This document shows, piece by piece, positions 30,343-40,444 of a stretch of DNA of 64,000 nucleotides (position 1 is its first letter; each line of letters opens with the position of its first letter). The position numbers were made by a program, and so were the translations under genes. The notes beneath the pieces were generated by a model. The model saw only the letters and a program-made list of their open reading frames with translations. It was not told where the DNA came from and ran no database searches. Source of the stretch: an uncultured Methanolobus sp. (GTDB lineage Archaea > Halobacteriota > Methanosarcinia > Methanosarcinales > Methanosarcinaceae); NCBI GenBank assembly GCA_963675495.1, contig OY776215.1:1856001-1920000 (forward strand), in the 5' to 3' direction.

Positions 30343-31590
30343 ATGATCATAATGAAACAGGACTTAGTGCGAATTTTGAGGGATATTTTCACATCATCAG
30401 GTTATAATGTTACGGATTCTTTCCGGCATGACCTAATTGCTGAGAGGAACGGCTTGAAGACGTTCATTAAACTTTCATATGGCCCGGACCTTACAGAGAT
30501 AAGGGAATTTGTAAGCCAGATAACAGATGGGGAAGGTCTCTATGTGATTGCCGGGGAGGCAAACAATGAAGTCCTTCGTCAGGCAGAGGCATCTGGTCTT
30601 AAAGTCTGGAGTCGTGATGACATGGCTCTGAAAATAGGCAGGGCAGTACTCGCTGACATGGAAGGATCAACAGCAGAACTTGACCTGCTTGAGACGAGCA
30701 GGAAAAAACCGGTTAACAGGTCGGATGAGATCGCTAAAGAAGCTATAAATGCTATATTTGGTACGGGTTCTTCTCCCCATGTAGAAAAATCAGCGTTAGA
30801 GGAACCGTTGGTTTCGCGTTTCTCCAGGCCATCCGCACCAGTGGTGGAACGAGTTACAGAAGTACAATATTATCGTCCAAGTGCTACCTCTTCCGAATCA
30901 GAGGGTGTTGAAATATTAGAGACTCCTGATATATCAGAAACATCTGGCTTATCAGAGGTGCAAGATGTTCCGGAGGAACCTCGTGTTGAAGCTCCTGTAT
31001 CTCCTGTTCAGAAAGTACCAATGGACTCAGTTATCATGAGCCTGCATTCACCACCTATCAATGTATCAAGGGACCGTGCAGTTTCAATAGCAATGCCCCA
31101 TGTAAGAGGTGCTAATACAGCAATATTGAAATTCGTACCTTTCTGGCAGTACCATTATTCGCTTGGTGTGGAACATCGCTACAAATCCAAAATAATCGAC
31201 ATATCCGGTGATGGTTCCGGTTGTCTTAATGCACTCAATGGAAACTTAGAGGAAATGCGTTTGACCGATGTACGTGAGAGCGTTGTCGTTCCTGATGTGG
31301 AGTATGATGTAAAAATGCCTGTTACCACCAATGAAGAAGCTCAAAATCAACTTCTTGGTATGATAGTAGATGAATACACACGTGACCTGCGTTTTGATGA
31401 TTCCCAGGGTGAAGCTATCATTTCCGAGCACAAAAAGTTTAAACCAAACCCATCAGATATTAATTTGCAGGTGGATCTTGTCTATGTGCCCGTATGGGAA
31501 ATAAAGGGTCAGAGGAATTCTTTAGAGATAAATGCTTATAGCGGTGAGGTCTTGCAGAACCCTGTAGATGATGATGTTGAGTTCGTATGA
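30343..31590 (+). CDS. Conserved hypothetical protein (restriction-endonuclease-like N-domain, low-complexity linker, C-domain)
   Basis: 415-aa ORF; IFTSSGYNV...DLIAER N-terminus; Pro/Glu-rich linker; YVPVW..INAYSGEV. Confidence 0.7.
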   Translation: MIIMKQDLVRILRDIFTSSGYNVTDSFRHDLIAERNGLKTFIKLSYGPDLTEIREFVSQITDGEGLYVIAGEANNEVLRQAEASGLKVWSRDDMALKIGRAVLADMEGSTAELDLLETSRKKPVNRSDEIAKEAINAIFGTGSSPHVEKSALEEPLVSRFSRPSAPVVERVTEVQYYRPSATSSESEGVEILETPDISETSGLSEVQDVPEEPRVEAPVSPVQKVPMDSVIMSLHSPPINVSRDRAVSIAMPHVRGANTAILKFVPFWQYHYSLGVEHRYKSKIIDISGDGSGCLNALNGNLEEMRLTDVRESVVVPDVEYDVKMPVTTNEEAQNQLLGMIVDEYTRDLRFDDSQGEAIISEHKKFKPNPSDINLQVDLVYVPVWEIKGQRNSLEINAYSGEVLQNPVDDDVEFV

Positions 31591-31617
31591 GGCTTGTTGT
31601 AGGAACAAACAAACAAG

Positions 31618-31644
31618 TTCGTAACTATACGAATAGTTTATATA
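31618..31644 (+). promoter_or_regulatory. MsvR-like operator TTCGTA-N4-TACGAA next to a TATA box
   Basis: Perfect 6-4-6 inverted repeat at 31618-31633; TTTATATA at 31637-31644. Confidence 0.65.
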
Positions 31645-31716
31645 CCAAAAACACATATAAGGGATTACCCGGTAGTCACCTAGTAGTAATTTCAAATAAA
31701 TAACGAGGAATCAATC

Positions 31717-32046
31717 ATGGTAGAAGTAACTGATAATGCAGCAGTCGAATTAAAATCACTGCTTGAAGAACAGGATAAGAAGGATGTAGCTCTCAGAGTT
31801 TTCGTTGCAGGCATGAGCTGCTGCGGTGTGCAGTATGGAATGTCACTCGAAGAAGAGATCAATGAAGAGAACGATCTTGTAGTTGAAGTAAAAGGTCTTA
31901 AGATCGTAATGAACAAGGATGATGCAGATGGTCTTGCAGGTGCAAACATCGACTACGTAGATGGTCCATCAGGAAAGGGCTTTGTCATTGACAATCAGTC
32001 CGGTGGCGGCTGCAATTCATCATCATGTGGCGGCGGCTGCTGCTAA
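31717..32046 (+). CDS. HesB/IscA-family Fe-S carrier protein
   Basis: VTDNAA, LRVFVAGMSCCGVQYGMSL, IDYVD...GFVIDN, Cys-rich tail. Confidence 0.9.
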   Translation: MVEVTDNAAVELKSLLEEQDKKDVALRVFVAGMSCCGVQYGMSLEEEINEENDLVVEVKGLKIVMNKDDADGLAGANIDYVDGPSGKGFVIDNQSGGGCNSSSCGGGCC

Positions 32047-32056
32047 GCAACAATTT

Positions 32057-32083
32057 AATGAACTTAATGAACTAAACGAATTG
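32057..32083 (+). repeat. Three imperfect 9-bp tandem repeats
   Basis: AATGAACTT AATGAACTA AACGAATTG between the iscA-like gene and nac. Confidence 0.5.
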
Positions 32084-32114
32084 GGTATTTTACATTCATA
32101 TCAAAGGTGGTTAC

Positions 32115-32465
32115 ATGTTTCCGGGAATAGGTGGCAGGGGAATGAACCCTGCAAAAGTTAAGCAGATGATGAAACAGATGGGTATTAACATCACTGACGT
32201 AGATGATGTTGAACAGGTCATTATAAGAACAGCTACAAAGGACATCGTTTTCAACGATGCCAATGTCTCGATAATGAATGCTCAGGGTACAGATACCTAT
32301 CAGATAGTCGGTACTCCGGAAGATGTAGCCAGGGAATTACAAATACCCGATGATGATGTGAGGCTCGTTGCAGAGCAGACTGGTGTTTCTGAAGATCAGG
32401 CCCGTGAGGCATTGAAAGATGCAAATGGTGACCTTGCAGAGGCAATCCTGTCACTCTCATCTTAA
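32115..32465 (+). CDS. nac: Nascent polypeptide-associated complex protein
   Basis: GMNPAKVKQMMKQMGI, YQIVG, UBA DDVRLVAEQTGVS...GDLAEAI. Confidence 0.95.
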   Translation: MFPGIGGRGMNPAKVKQMMKQMGINITDVDDVEQVIIRTATKDIVFNDANVSIMNAQGTDTYQIVGTPEDVARELQIPDDDVRLVAEQTGVSEDQAREALKDANGDLAEAILSLSS

Positions 32466-32827
32466 TTCTTTTTATTTCATTTTATTTTTTGGCTTATTTG
32501 CGGCTGTTTTTACAGATCTTTCTTTTTGCAACATGTTTTCTTAATTTCTTTTCGGTTTTATTTAAACGTAGTTTTATAAATTTTAAGAGACCAAAATAGG
32601 TATATATCAATATCATGATTATACATTATAATTGAAAGTATCTTGCATATTGTCTGTGGTTCTTTCAACGCGGTCCCTTTCATGTCCCGGGGTTCTTTCG
32701 TGGGCCTTTGTTTGTTTTTCAAAATGACATGATACGGTTGCCCTGCAAAAAAATGTCCGATTGACCTGAAATATACTTGAGGTCATGGCGAATACCTCAA
32801 CGGTAAATAATAATGAAGGGAGTAAAC

Positions 32828-34717
32828 ATGTCTGAGAATTTTGATGTCAAGTTGGATAGTAAAAGCTATCTTCCCGATCCTTCTGTAAAGGAAAATTCAT
32901 GGTTGCAGGATTATGAAACTGCCTACAATGAGTTTTTAAAAGATCCTGAAAAACACTGGGAGAATGTTGCAGAAGAACTTGTGTGGTTTAAGAAATGGGA
33001 TAAAGTAAAGGAATGGAACCATCCGAATGCAAAATGGTTTACAAATGGCAAGTTGAACATCACCCATAACTGCCTGGACCGGCATGTGTTCAATGGCAAA
33101 AGGAATAAAGTAGCCATGATCTGGGTAGGTGACAATGGTGAGGAGCAAATTCTAACATATCGCCAGCTTTATCGTGATGTCATGAGATTTGCCAACGGCC
33201 TGAAGTCACTTGGGGTCGAAAAAGGCGACAGGGTATGCATCTATATGCCGCTTGTTCCCGAGCAGATCATCGCAATGCTTGCATGTGCCCGTATTGGTGC
33301 TGTACATAGTGTCGTGTTCGGAGGCTTCGGTGCCAATGCGTTGCATTCCAGAATAAAGGATGCACAGGCAAAGATCGTAATCACAGCAGATGCAACTCTC
33401 AGGCGTGGAAAGCGCATAGACCTCAAGACACTGGTAGATGAGGCTGTTGTCAACGCTTCATGCGTGGAAAAGATCGTGGTTCTCAGAAGAATGACTCCAC
33501 AACTGGAACTTTTCTCAGAGATAGAAGTCGATTTCCATGAGATAATGGACGAAGTGGAAAAAGAATGTGAGCCAGAGGTCATGGACGCGGAGGATCCGCT
33601 GTTCATTCTCTATACCAGTGGAACTACAGGTCCTGCAAAGGGCATAGTCCATGCATGTGGTGGCTACATGGTCGGTACCTATTATACTACAAAGAATATG
33701 TTTGACCTGAAAGAGAATGATGTCATGTGGTGTACTGCAGACCCAGGTTGGATCACAGGTCACAGTTACATTGTCTATGGTCCTCTTTCAATGGGTGCAA
33801 CGATCCTGATCTCCGAAACAACACCTGACTATCCAGACCCCGGTGTCTGGTGGAGCATGATCGAAGAGTTCGATGTAACTGTTTTCTATACAGCACCTAC
33901 GGCAATCCGCATGTTCATGAGAATGGGTGAGGAGTGGCCTGATCAGTATAACCTTAGTTCACTGCGTGTACTGGGTTCGGTTGGTGAGCCTCTTAATCCA
34001 GAAGCATTCGAGTGGTATTACCGTGTCATAGGCAAGGAGAAATGCCCGATTCTTGACACATGGTGGCAAACAGAAACAGGTATGCACATGCTTACAACAA
34101 CGGTTGGAGAGCCGATGAAACCTGGATTTGCAGGAAGAGCTGTTCCTGGTGTTATTGCTGATGTCGTGGATGAGCATGGCGAACCTGTGCCTGCCGGAAC
34201 AGGTGGTTTCCTTGTCATAAAAGAACCATGGCCTTCCATGATGAGAACCGTTTACGGTAATGACGAGCGGTATGATCAGTATTGGAATACTATAGGGAAC
34301 TATTACATGGCAGGCGACCTTGCAGTAAAAGATGATGATGGATACATAATGATCCTGGGTCGTTCTGATGATGTCCTGATAGTTGCAGGTCACAATATAG
34401 GCAGCGCCGAGGTGGAAAGTGCCCTGGTGTCCCACGAGGCGGTAGCAGAAGCAGCTGTAATTGGAAAACCCGACCCTCTCAAGGGTGATTCCATAAAGGC
34501 TTTCATTATATTGCGTATGGGTTTTAGTCCCAGTGACAAGTTGAAACTGGAGCTTCTTTACCATGTAAGGATGAACCTTGGCCCTATAGCAATGCCATCT
34601 GAGGTCGAGTTTAGGGACTCTTTGCCAAAGACTCGCAGTGGAAAAATAATGAGACGTTTGCTCAAGGCACAGGAACTTGGACAGGATCCAGGGGACATTT
34701 CCTCACTGGAGGATTGA
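32828..34717 (+). CDS. acs: Acetyl-CoA synthetase (AMP-forming)
   Basis: [35 protein letters not shown] and [12 protein letters not shown] motifs. Confidence 0.96.
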   Translation: MSENFDVKLDSKSYLPDPSVKENSWLQDYETAYNEFLKDPEKHWENVAEELVWFKKWDKVKEWNHPNAKWFTNGKLNITHNCLDRHVFNGKRNKVAMIWVGDNGEEQILTYRQLYRDVMRFANGLKSLGVEKGDRVCIYMPLVPEQIIAMLACARIGAVHSVVFGGFGANALHSRIKDAQAKIVITADATLRRGKRIDLKTLVDEAVVNASCVEKIVVLRRMTPQLELFSEIEVDFHEIMDEVEKECEPEVMDAEDPLFILYTSGTTGPAKGIVHACGGYMVGTYYTTKNMFDLKENDVMWCTADPGWITGHSYIVYGPLSMGATILISETTPDYPDPGVWWSMIEEFDVTVFYTAPTAIRMFMRMGEEWPDQYNLSSLRVLGSVGEPLNPEAFEWYYRVIGKEKCPILDTWWQTETGMHMLTTTVGEPMKPGFAGRAVPGVIADVVDEHGEPVPAGTGGFLVIKEPWPSMMRTVYGNDERYDQYWNTIGNYYMAGDLAVKDDDGYIMILGRSDDVLIVAGHNIGSAEVESALVSHEAVAEAAVIGKPDPLKGDSIKAFIILRMGFSPSDKLKLELLYHVRMNLGPIAMPSEVEFRDSLPKTRSGKIMRRLLKAQELGQDPGDISSLED

Positions 34718-34788
34718 TCTCCTCTTTTTTTTTAAAAATAGTAACAGTTATGAAGTATACACTACTTTAATTAGTGCAGGTGATTACC

Positions 34789-35580
34789 ATGGTAGACTTT
34801 TTTGATATTTATCTTTCAGAGGATTGTCCTTACGGTGATGAGACCACAGAGCTCCTTGAAATAGAAGGTGATGGAAGAATCCGTATAAAATCAAGAGAGC
34901 ACGGGGTTGCTGCATGTATGGATGACCTCGCGTTTTTTTACAAAAAGAACAGTCTTGAAGTCGTAAACACGGTTCCAAATGGTGCGGAGTTCAACCCAAA
35001 CGATGTGATATTTGAGGCTCAGGGTGATCTTCCTACGCTTTTCAAACTCTGGCGGATATCGCAGACTTTCCTTTCAATGGTGTGTTCAATTGCATCAAAG
35101 ACTCGTTTTGCTGTTGAGCTTGCAAGAAAATCAAATCCTGATATAATGATAGCCACAAGTCGCAAAACCCATCCGGGATTTCGTAAATATGAGCTCAAGG
35201 CTGTAAAAACAGGTGGTGGAGATCACCATCGTAATTCCCTTAGTGATTCTATTCTCATAACGCAGAATCATCTGGATGTCATGGATAAACAGGTAAATCT
35301 CAAGGCAATGCGCAAGATAGAGATTGAACCACGGACCACAGAAGAGGCTTACGAGTCTGCTCCGGTGGCTGACATGCTTCTGCTGGATCACTACGAGCCT
35401 CAGGATCTTGAGTCACTTGTGCCAAAACTGCGCGCACTCAATCCCAACCTGGAGATTGCAGTTGGTGGGATAGATATCGGCATGATTCCTGAATATGCAA
35501 AATATGTGGACGTCATTGTGACCACTGCGCCTTATTATTCAAAGCCTCTTGACCTGACTTCTAAAATCAGGCGCATGTGA
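34789..35580 (+). CDS. ModD/NadC-family phosphoribosyltransferase
   Basis: EDCPYGDETT, ATSRKTHPG, GGGDHHRNSLSDSILI..NH. Confidence 0.82.
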   Translation: MVDFFDIYLSEDCPYGDETTELLEIEGDGRIRIKSREHGVAACMDDLAFFYKKNSLEVVNTVPNGAEFNPNDVIFEAQGDLPTLFKLWRISQTFLSMVCSIASKTRFAVELARKSNPDIMIATSRKTHPGFRKYELKAVKTGGGDHHRNSLSDSILITQNHLDVMDKQVNLKAMRKIEIEPRTTEEAYESAPVADMLLLDHYEPQDLESLVPKLRALNPNLEIAVGGIDIGMIPEYAKYVDVIVTTAPYYSKPLDLTSKIRRM

Positions 35581-35771
35581 ATATATAAGGTGGACGTAAA
35601 CTTTATATGTAATTATTCACATGGTTGTGTGTGTAATTCGCATTACCATCTTGAAGAGGTTTGTGTCTCTAGGGGACTTGGGTGACAAGACCTGCTTTAA
35701 GGCATGGCGATGTGTGGTATCGATAAGTAACAATAATTAATTCATTGATTATACAATACAGAGGTACTTAT

Positions 35772-36041
35772 ATGAGCAAAGTGGAACTTTTAGATTTCAG
35801 TGCAACCTGGTGCGGACCTTGTAAAATGCAGAAGCCTTTCCTTGAAAAAGTTGAGGCAGAACTTGGTGACAAGGTTGAAGTTAAGGAAATAGATGTAGAT
35901 CAGAACCAGGCGCTTGCAGGAAAGTATGGCATCCAGGCGGTACCTACTCTTATCATTCTAAAGGATGGGGAAGTAGCAAAACGCTTTACAGGACTTACCA
36001 CTGCGGGTGTCCTCATCGAAGAACTAAATAAGGTGCTTTAA
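35772..36041 (+). CDS. trxA: Thioredoxin
   Basis: DFSATWCGPCK, YGIQAVPTL. Confidence 0.95.
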   Translation: MSKVELLDFSATWCGPCKMQKPFLEKVEAELGDKVEVKEIDVDQNQALAGKYGIQAVPTLIILKDGEVAKRFTGLTTAGVLIEELNKVL

Positions 36042-36133
36042 GCACCGGTTCTTTATTTTTAGTCTATTTTCCAACGTATTTTTTGAAAAAACGTAAATAA
36101 CTTAAGATCAATCATTTTCGAGGGTTTAGAAAA

Positions 36134-37147
36134 TTGAAGGAACTGATCGATCTTGGTGTCATGGTTTTCAGGGTGAAGAACTCCCGTGGTTCTTTCAAGC
36201 CGCACCTTTCTGTTAAGTTCAAATCTGTTGAAGGGGACCTTGTCACATTTTCTATTGATACTACAAGGACTCCTGCGAAATACCAACAACCTGATGCTTA
36301 TCTTATTACACATGCCCATTCCGATCACAATGGAAAATCCGCAATGTTGTCCGAGCGCGCGGTATGTTCGGACAAGACTGCCCTCGCTCTTGAGATTCGC
36401 CACCAGCGCAAATATGCAGGCAGGATGTTCAAAGTTGGCGAAACTATCGACATCAAAGGCGTAAAGGTGCAGACCTTCCCTAATTTTCACACAGTTGGTT
36501 CAACGTCATTCATGTGGGAAAATGAACTTGGTACAAAGATACTTGTGACCGGTGATGTAAAGGATGCTTCCATGCTCCCTAACTGCGATCTCCTGATAAC
36601 CGAAGCCAACTATGGTGATCCCGGAGACACAAGCTGTTATTTTGAGGATGACATCACAGGTTTTGAGAATGCTTTTAAAGCAGATCCTTCCATTGCTTTT
36701 GGGGCCTATGCATTTGGCAAAGCGCAGAGGGCTGTGGAACTGCTTAGAGAACTTGGTTATGATGGTATAATAGAGATGGACGATCAATCTCTTTCACTGA
36801 CCAGAACTCTCCTTGAGGATGCCGGGGAACTTGCATGTCTCGGAGAGAGCTGCGGAGATTGTATAAGTGTCGTTCCTCCGTGGGACCTGGGTAAACTACC
36901 GTCTCATATTTCTAAATATGTAATGACAGGGCGCAGCGATTATCGCTATCCTGCAATCCAGATAAGTGATCATCTGGATGCCAGGGGGCTTGTGGAGATG
37001 GTAAAGGACATAGACCCTGAATTCACAGTTGTCTATCATCCGAATGGACACCGCCCCGGAAAATTTGCAAATCATCTCAATTCCATCGGATTTAATGCCC
37101 TTTCCATTGATATGATCACTAATGTACTGAGCAATGAATTTGTGTGA
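36134..37147 (+). CDS. MBL-fold metallo-hydrolase (beta-CASP-like nuclease)
   Basis: THAHSDH, HTVGS, VTGD, ITEANYG, AYAFGKAQR, SDHLD, VYH. Confidence 0.85.
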   Translation: MKELIDLGVMVFRVKNSRGSFKPHLSVKFKSVEGDLVTFSIDTTRTPAKYQQPDAYLITHAHSDHNGKSAMLSERAVCSDKTALALEIRHQRKYAGRMFKVGETIDIKGVKVQTFPNFHTVGSTSFMWENELGTKILVTGDVKDASMLPNCDLLITEANYGDPGDTSCYFEDDITGFENAFKADPSIAFGAYAFGKAQRAVELLRELGYDGIIEMDDQSLSLTRTLLEDAGELACLGESCGDCISVVPPWDLGKLPSHISKYVMTGRSDYRYPAIQISDHLDARGLVEMVKDIDPEFTVVYHPNGHRPGKFANHLNSIGFNALSIDMITNVLSNEFV

Positions 37148-37234
37148 TATGCTGTCTGGCAGGATAAACATTTATATAAGTACTGGTTTTTATAGTACCC
37201 ACACTATCCAAGTTGTACCAGGAGATCAGATCAA

Positions 37235-37648
37235 TTGTCCAAATCATCCAAAAAAAAGCAATCAGAGGCTGCATCTAAGCAGGAATCCATTGATATTGCG
37301 CAACCAGCTCCTACTTCATCCGGCTCCGGTAAGGTCTCATTTAAAGTGAGGACTCCGGAAGAAAGGAAAAAAGCTCACATGGAGGGTATCATCAAAACGG
37401 CAGTTGCAGCTATTATCGGTGTAATAGCGGGTATTCTTGCCTACATACAGCTTGGTATTGCTGATGACCCCACTGTGAAATGGTATGCAATACTGACCAT
37501 CGTTGCTGCGCTTTCCTTCTACGCAATGAAACTGGTATTCCCACTATTCAAGATCAAAGTAAAGGAATTCGGCTTTAAGGACTGGTTCTATGTTGAGTTC
37601 ATTGTTATAGATTTCTGTCTGGTAACATGGACACTGCTCCTTAATTGA
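37235..37648 (+). CDS. Archaeal EMC6-like membrane protein
   Basis: Three TM helices, FGFKDWFYV..VTWTLLLN C-terminus, directly upstream of ABCE1. Confidence 0.75.
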   Translation: MSKSSKKKQSEAASKQESIDIAQPAPTSSGSGKVSFKVRTPEERKKAHMEGIIKTAVAAIIGVIAGILAYIQLGIADDPTVKWYAILTIVAALSFYAMKLVFPLFKIKVKEFGFKDWFYVEFIVIDFCLVTWTLLLN

Positions 37649-37699
37649 TCTTCTCTTTTTACCTTTATCTATTATATTTATCACTGACAGGGATTTTAC

Positions 37700-39472
37700 A
37701 TGCGAATTGCCATATTGAATAAAGACAGATGCCAGCCAAGACGTTGCAGCCATGAATGTGAAAAGTACTGTCCTCGTGTAAGGACTGGGGATGAGACTAT
37801 TATTTTCGGAGACGATGGTAAGCCAATAGTGTCCGAAGAGCTTTGTGTAGGCTGTGGTATCTGTGTCCACAAGTGTCCTTTTGAAGCTATAATGATCATT
37901 GGTCTTCCTGAAGCCCTTACAGAACCAACCCACAGGTATGGTCAAAACGGATTTGCCCTCTATGGTCTGCCAATCCCACAGGTTGGCAGGGTCACTGGTA
38001 TTCTTGGACCCAACGGTATCGGTAAAAGTACGGCAGTCCAGATACTTTCCGGCACTCTTGTACCAAATTTCTCACAGGAAAGTGGCAATTGGGATAAGGT
38101 ACTTGAACATTATTCCGGTACAGCTCTCCATGACTATTTCAGCGATGTGATAGACGGCAACATCAAAGTTTCCCAGAAACCGCAGTATGTGGATATGATT
38201 CCCAAGGCCTTTAAGGGAAAGACCAGCGAACTTCTTGACAAGACCGATGAGAAAGGCAATCTTTCGGAACTGGTTGAGCGTCTCAACCTCTCACATGTCC
38301 TTGACCACAAGATAACGGAACTCAGTGGTGGTGAACTACAGAGGGTAGCTATTGCCGCATGTGCTGCAAAGGATGCTGACTTCTACTTCTTCGATGAGAT
38401 CAGTCCTTATCTTGATATCTACCAGCGTATCAATACAGCGCAACTAATTCAGGAAATTGCAGAGGAAAAAGCCGTACTTGTCGTAGAGCATGACCTTGCT
38501 ATACTTGACATGCTTGCCGATGTTGTGCATGTTGCATATGGTGAACCAGGAGGCTACGGTGTGATGACCCACCCTAAAAGCGTGCGTGTTGCCATAAATC
38601 AGTACCTTAAAGGCTACCTTCCTGAAGAGAACGTGCGTGTACGTCCTGAAGCCATCAAGTTTGAGGTTCATCCTCCAAGAGTAGGAGCGGATATTAACAC
38701 CCTTGTGGATTATGACGGATTTTCCAAAAAATATGGTGAAGGATTCTCTCTCTCAACTGATGGCGGTTCACTAAAGCAAGGAGAAGTTCTGGGTATAGTG
38801 GGTCCCAACGGTATAGGTAAATCCACATTTGTAAAGATACTTGCAGGAGAGGTGCAGCCGGATGAGGGTGACCTTGACCTTGACATAAAAATATCATACA
38901 AACCGCAATACATCAAGGCTGACACGGCTATTCCGGTGCAATATTACCTGCGCGGTCTGTCCAGCAGGTTCGACACAAGTTATTATCAGTCAGAGATTGC
39001 CATACCTTTGCAGATAGAACGGCTTTATGATCACCTGATAACAGAGCTCAGTGGTGGAGAACTCCAGAGGGTAGCTATTGCAGCATGCCTTTCGCAGGAT
39101 GCTGACATGTATATTCTTGATGAACCAAGTGCCCACCTTGATGTAGAACAACGTTCAATGGCGACAAAAGTGATCAAAAGGTTTGCAGAGAACAACCGTA
39201 AGACTGCAATGGTCGTTGACCACGATATCTATATGATAGACATGCTGAGTGAACGTCTCATAGTCTTTGAGGGTGAGCCTGCAGTTTACGGTAAGGCACA
39301 CAATCCTTCAAGCATGCAGGATGGTATGAACAAATTCCTGGCAAACCTTGACATAACATTCAGACGTGATGAAGATACTTCCCGTCCAAGGGTAAATAAA
39401 CAGGATTCAAGGCTTGACAGGGAACAAAAAGCCAAAGGAGAATATTACTACCACAATATTATGGATGAGTAA
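37700..39472 (+). CDS. rli: ABCE1 (RLI) ribosome recycling ATPase
   Basis: N-terminal 2x[4Fe-4S] (CQPRRC..C..YCP; CVGCGICVHKCPF); two ABC domains GPNGIGKST / LSGGELQR. Confidence 0.97.
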   Translation: MRIAILNKDRCQPRRCSHECEKYCPRVRTGDETIIFGDDGKPIVSEELCVGCGICVHKCPFEAIMIIGLPEALTEPTHRYGQNGFALYGLPIPQVGRVTGILGPNGIGKSTAVQILSGTLVPNFSQESGNWDKVLEHYSGTALHDYFSDVIDGNIKVSQKPQYVDMIPKAFKGKTSELLDKTDEKGNLSELVERLNLSHVLDHKITELSGGELQRVAIAACAAKDADFYFFDEISPYLDIYQRINTAQLIQEIAEEKAVLVVEHDLAILDMLADVVHVAYGEPGGYGVMTHPKSVRVAINQYLKGYLPEENVRVRPEAIKFEVHPPRVGADINTLVDYDGFSKKYGEGFSLSTDGGSLKQGEVLGIVGPNGIGKSTFVKILAGEVQPDEGDLDLDIKISYKPQYIKADTAIPVQYYLRGLSSRFDTSYYQSEIAIPLQIERLYDHLITELSGGELQRVAIAACLSQDADMYILDEPSAHLDVEQRSMATKVIKRFAENNRKTAMVVDHDIYMIDMLSERLIVFEGEPAVYGKAHNPSSMQDGMNKFLANLDITFRRDEDTSRPRVNKQDSRLDREQKAKGEYYYHNIMDE

Positions 39473-39489
39473 TTTCTTCTCCTTTTTTC

Positions 39490-40290
39490 TTATTTTTTAT
39501 CTACAAGCTCTTTTTTCATCATCTGGTAAAAATCCTCGTAAGCATGTTTTTCTTGCCAGGGGTAATGTCCACAGTTGTCCAGCAGCATGAACCTGAAGTC
39601 CTTGATAACCTTTGAAAGAGGGGCTTTCACTCCTTCAAATGGATGTGGGTCGTGATTTCCGTGAATTGCCATTACGGGGCACTTTATCTGCTCTCCCATA
39701 TTGAGCAATTTTCCGCTTCTTCTCAAATAGCTGGCTTCGTTCCATATACTTCTATTAACATCATGCATAAACCCTGTATTTGTTCCTTCGTAAGGAACGA
39801 AGTCAAAAGAATCAGCAGCTGAAATAAGTTTACCGAATTTTGCAAACACATGATTTTTATTTGTCACAGATGGGTCACTCATACTTGAACTGAGATGCAG
39901 GTACTCTTCTATTTCGCTTTCACTCATGCGTTCAAGTCTTGTTTGCATGATCGTGGAGGCATATCTTTCTTCAAAGGGTCCGCTTGCTACGAGTATTAGT
40001 TTTTTCACATAAGATGGGTAACGTGCAGCAAACATAAAGGCAAGCCATGCACCCCAGGAATGCCCTGTCAGTGACACAGGCAGTTTCCCGTGTTTTTTTA
40101 GCATTCTTCTTAGTTCTCCTATCTGTCCTTCGATACTCATTGATGTCTGCAGCGGTTCCAATACGCCCAATCCGCTCCTTTCTGACAGTCCCATTGCCAG
40201 CTCTGCAACTGTTCCCGGCGCTCCGGGACCTCCATGGATGACTGCAACTGTGTATGGGGCTGTTCCATGTTTTCTGGGATTTGGGTTCAT
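39490..40290 (-). CDS. Alpha/beta fold hydrolase
   Basis: HGGPG, GHSWG nucleophile elbow, HGNHD, CGHYPW. Confidence 0.92.
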   Translation of the reverse strand: MNPNPRKHGTAPYTVAVIHGGPGAPGTVAELAMGLSERSGLGVLEPLQTSMSIEGQIGELRRMLKKHGKLPVSLTGHSWGAWLAFMFAARYPSYVKKLILVASGPFEERYASTIMQTRLERMSESEIEEYLHLSSSMSDPSVTNKNHVFAKFGKLISAADSFDFVPYEGTNTGFMHDVNRSIWNEASYLRRSGKLLNMGEQIKCPVMAIHGNHDPHPFEGVKAPLSKVIKDFRFMLLDNCGHYPWQEKHAYEDFYQMMKKELVDKK

Positions 40291-40444
40291 GTTTTATCTC
40301 TGGGATCTTTATGGTTTGTCAGACTTTATATTTCATCCATGAATTAAAAAAGGATATGCTTATATATTATATATATATAAATATATTATGACTGGTGACA
40401 ATGTTAATGTACATTGATACTGTTTTTCCCATGGATGTGGTATT

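Noticed and set aside
31717-32046. Selenocysteine in the HesB-like protein
   Set aside because: All relevant positions are Cys codons; there is no in-frame TGA
40358-40390. (TA)n-like run TTATATATTATATATATATAAATATATTA
   Set aside because: Best explained as overlapping TATA boxes of the divergent hydrolase and AIM24 promoters
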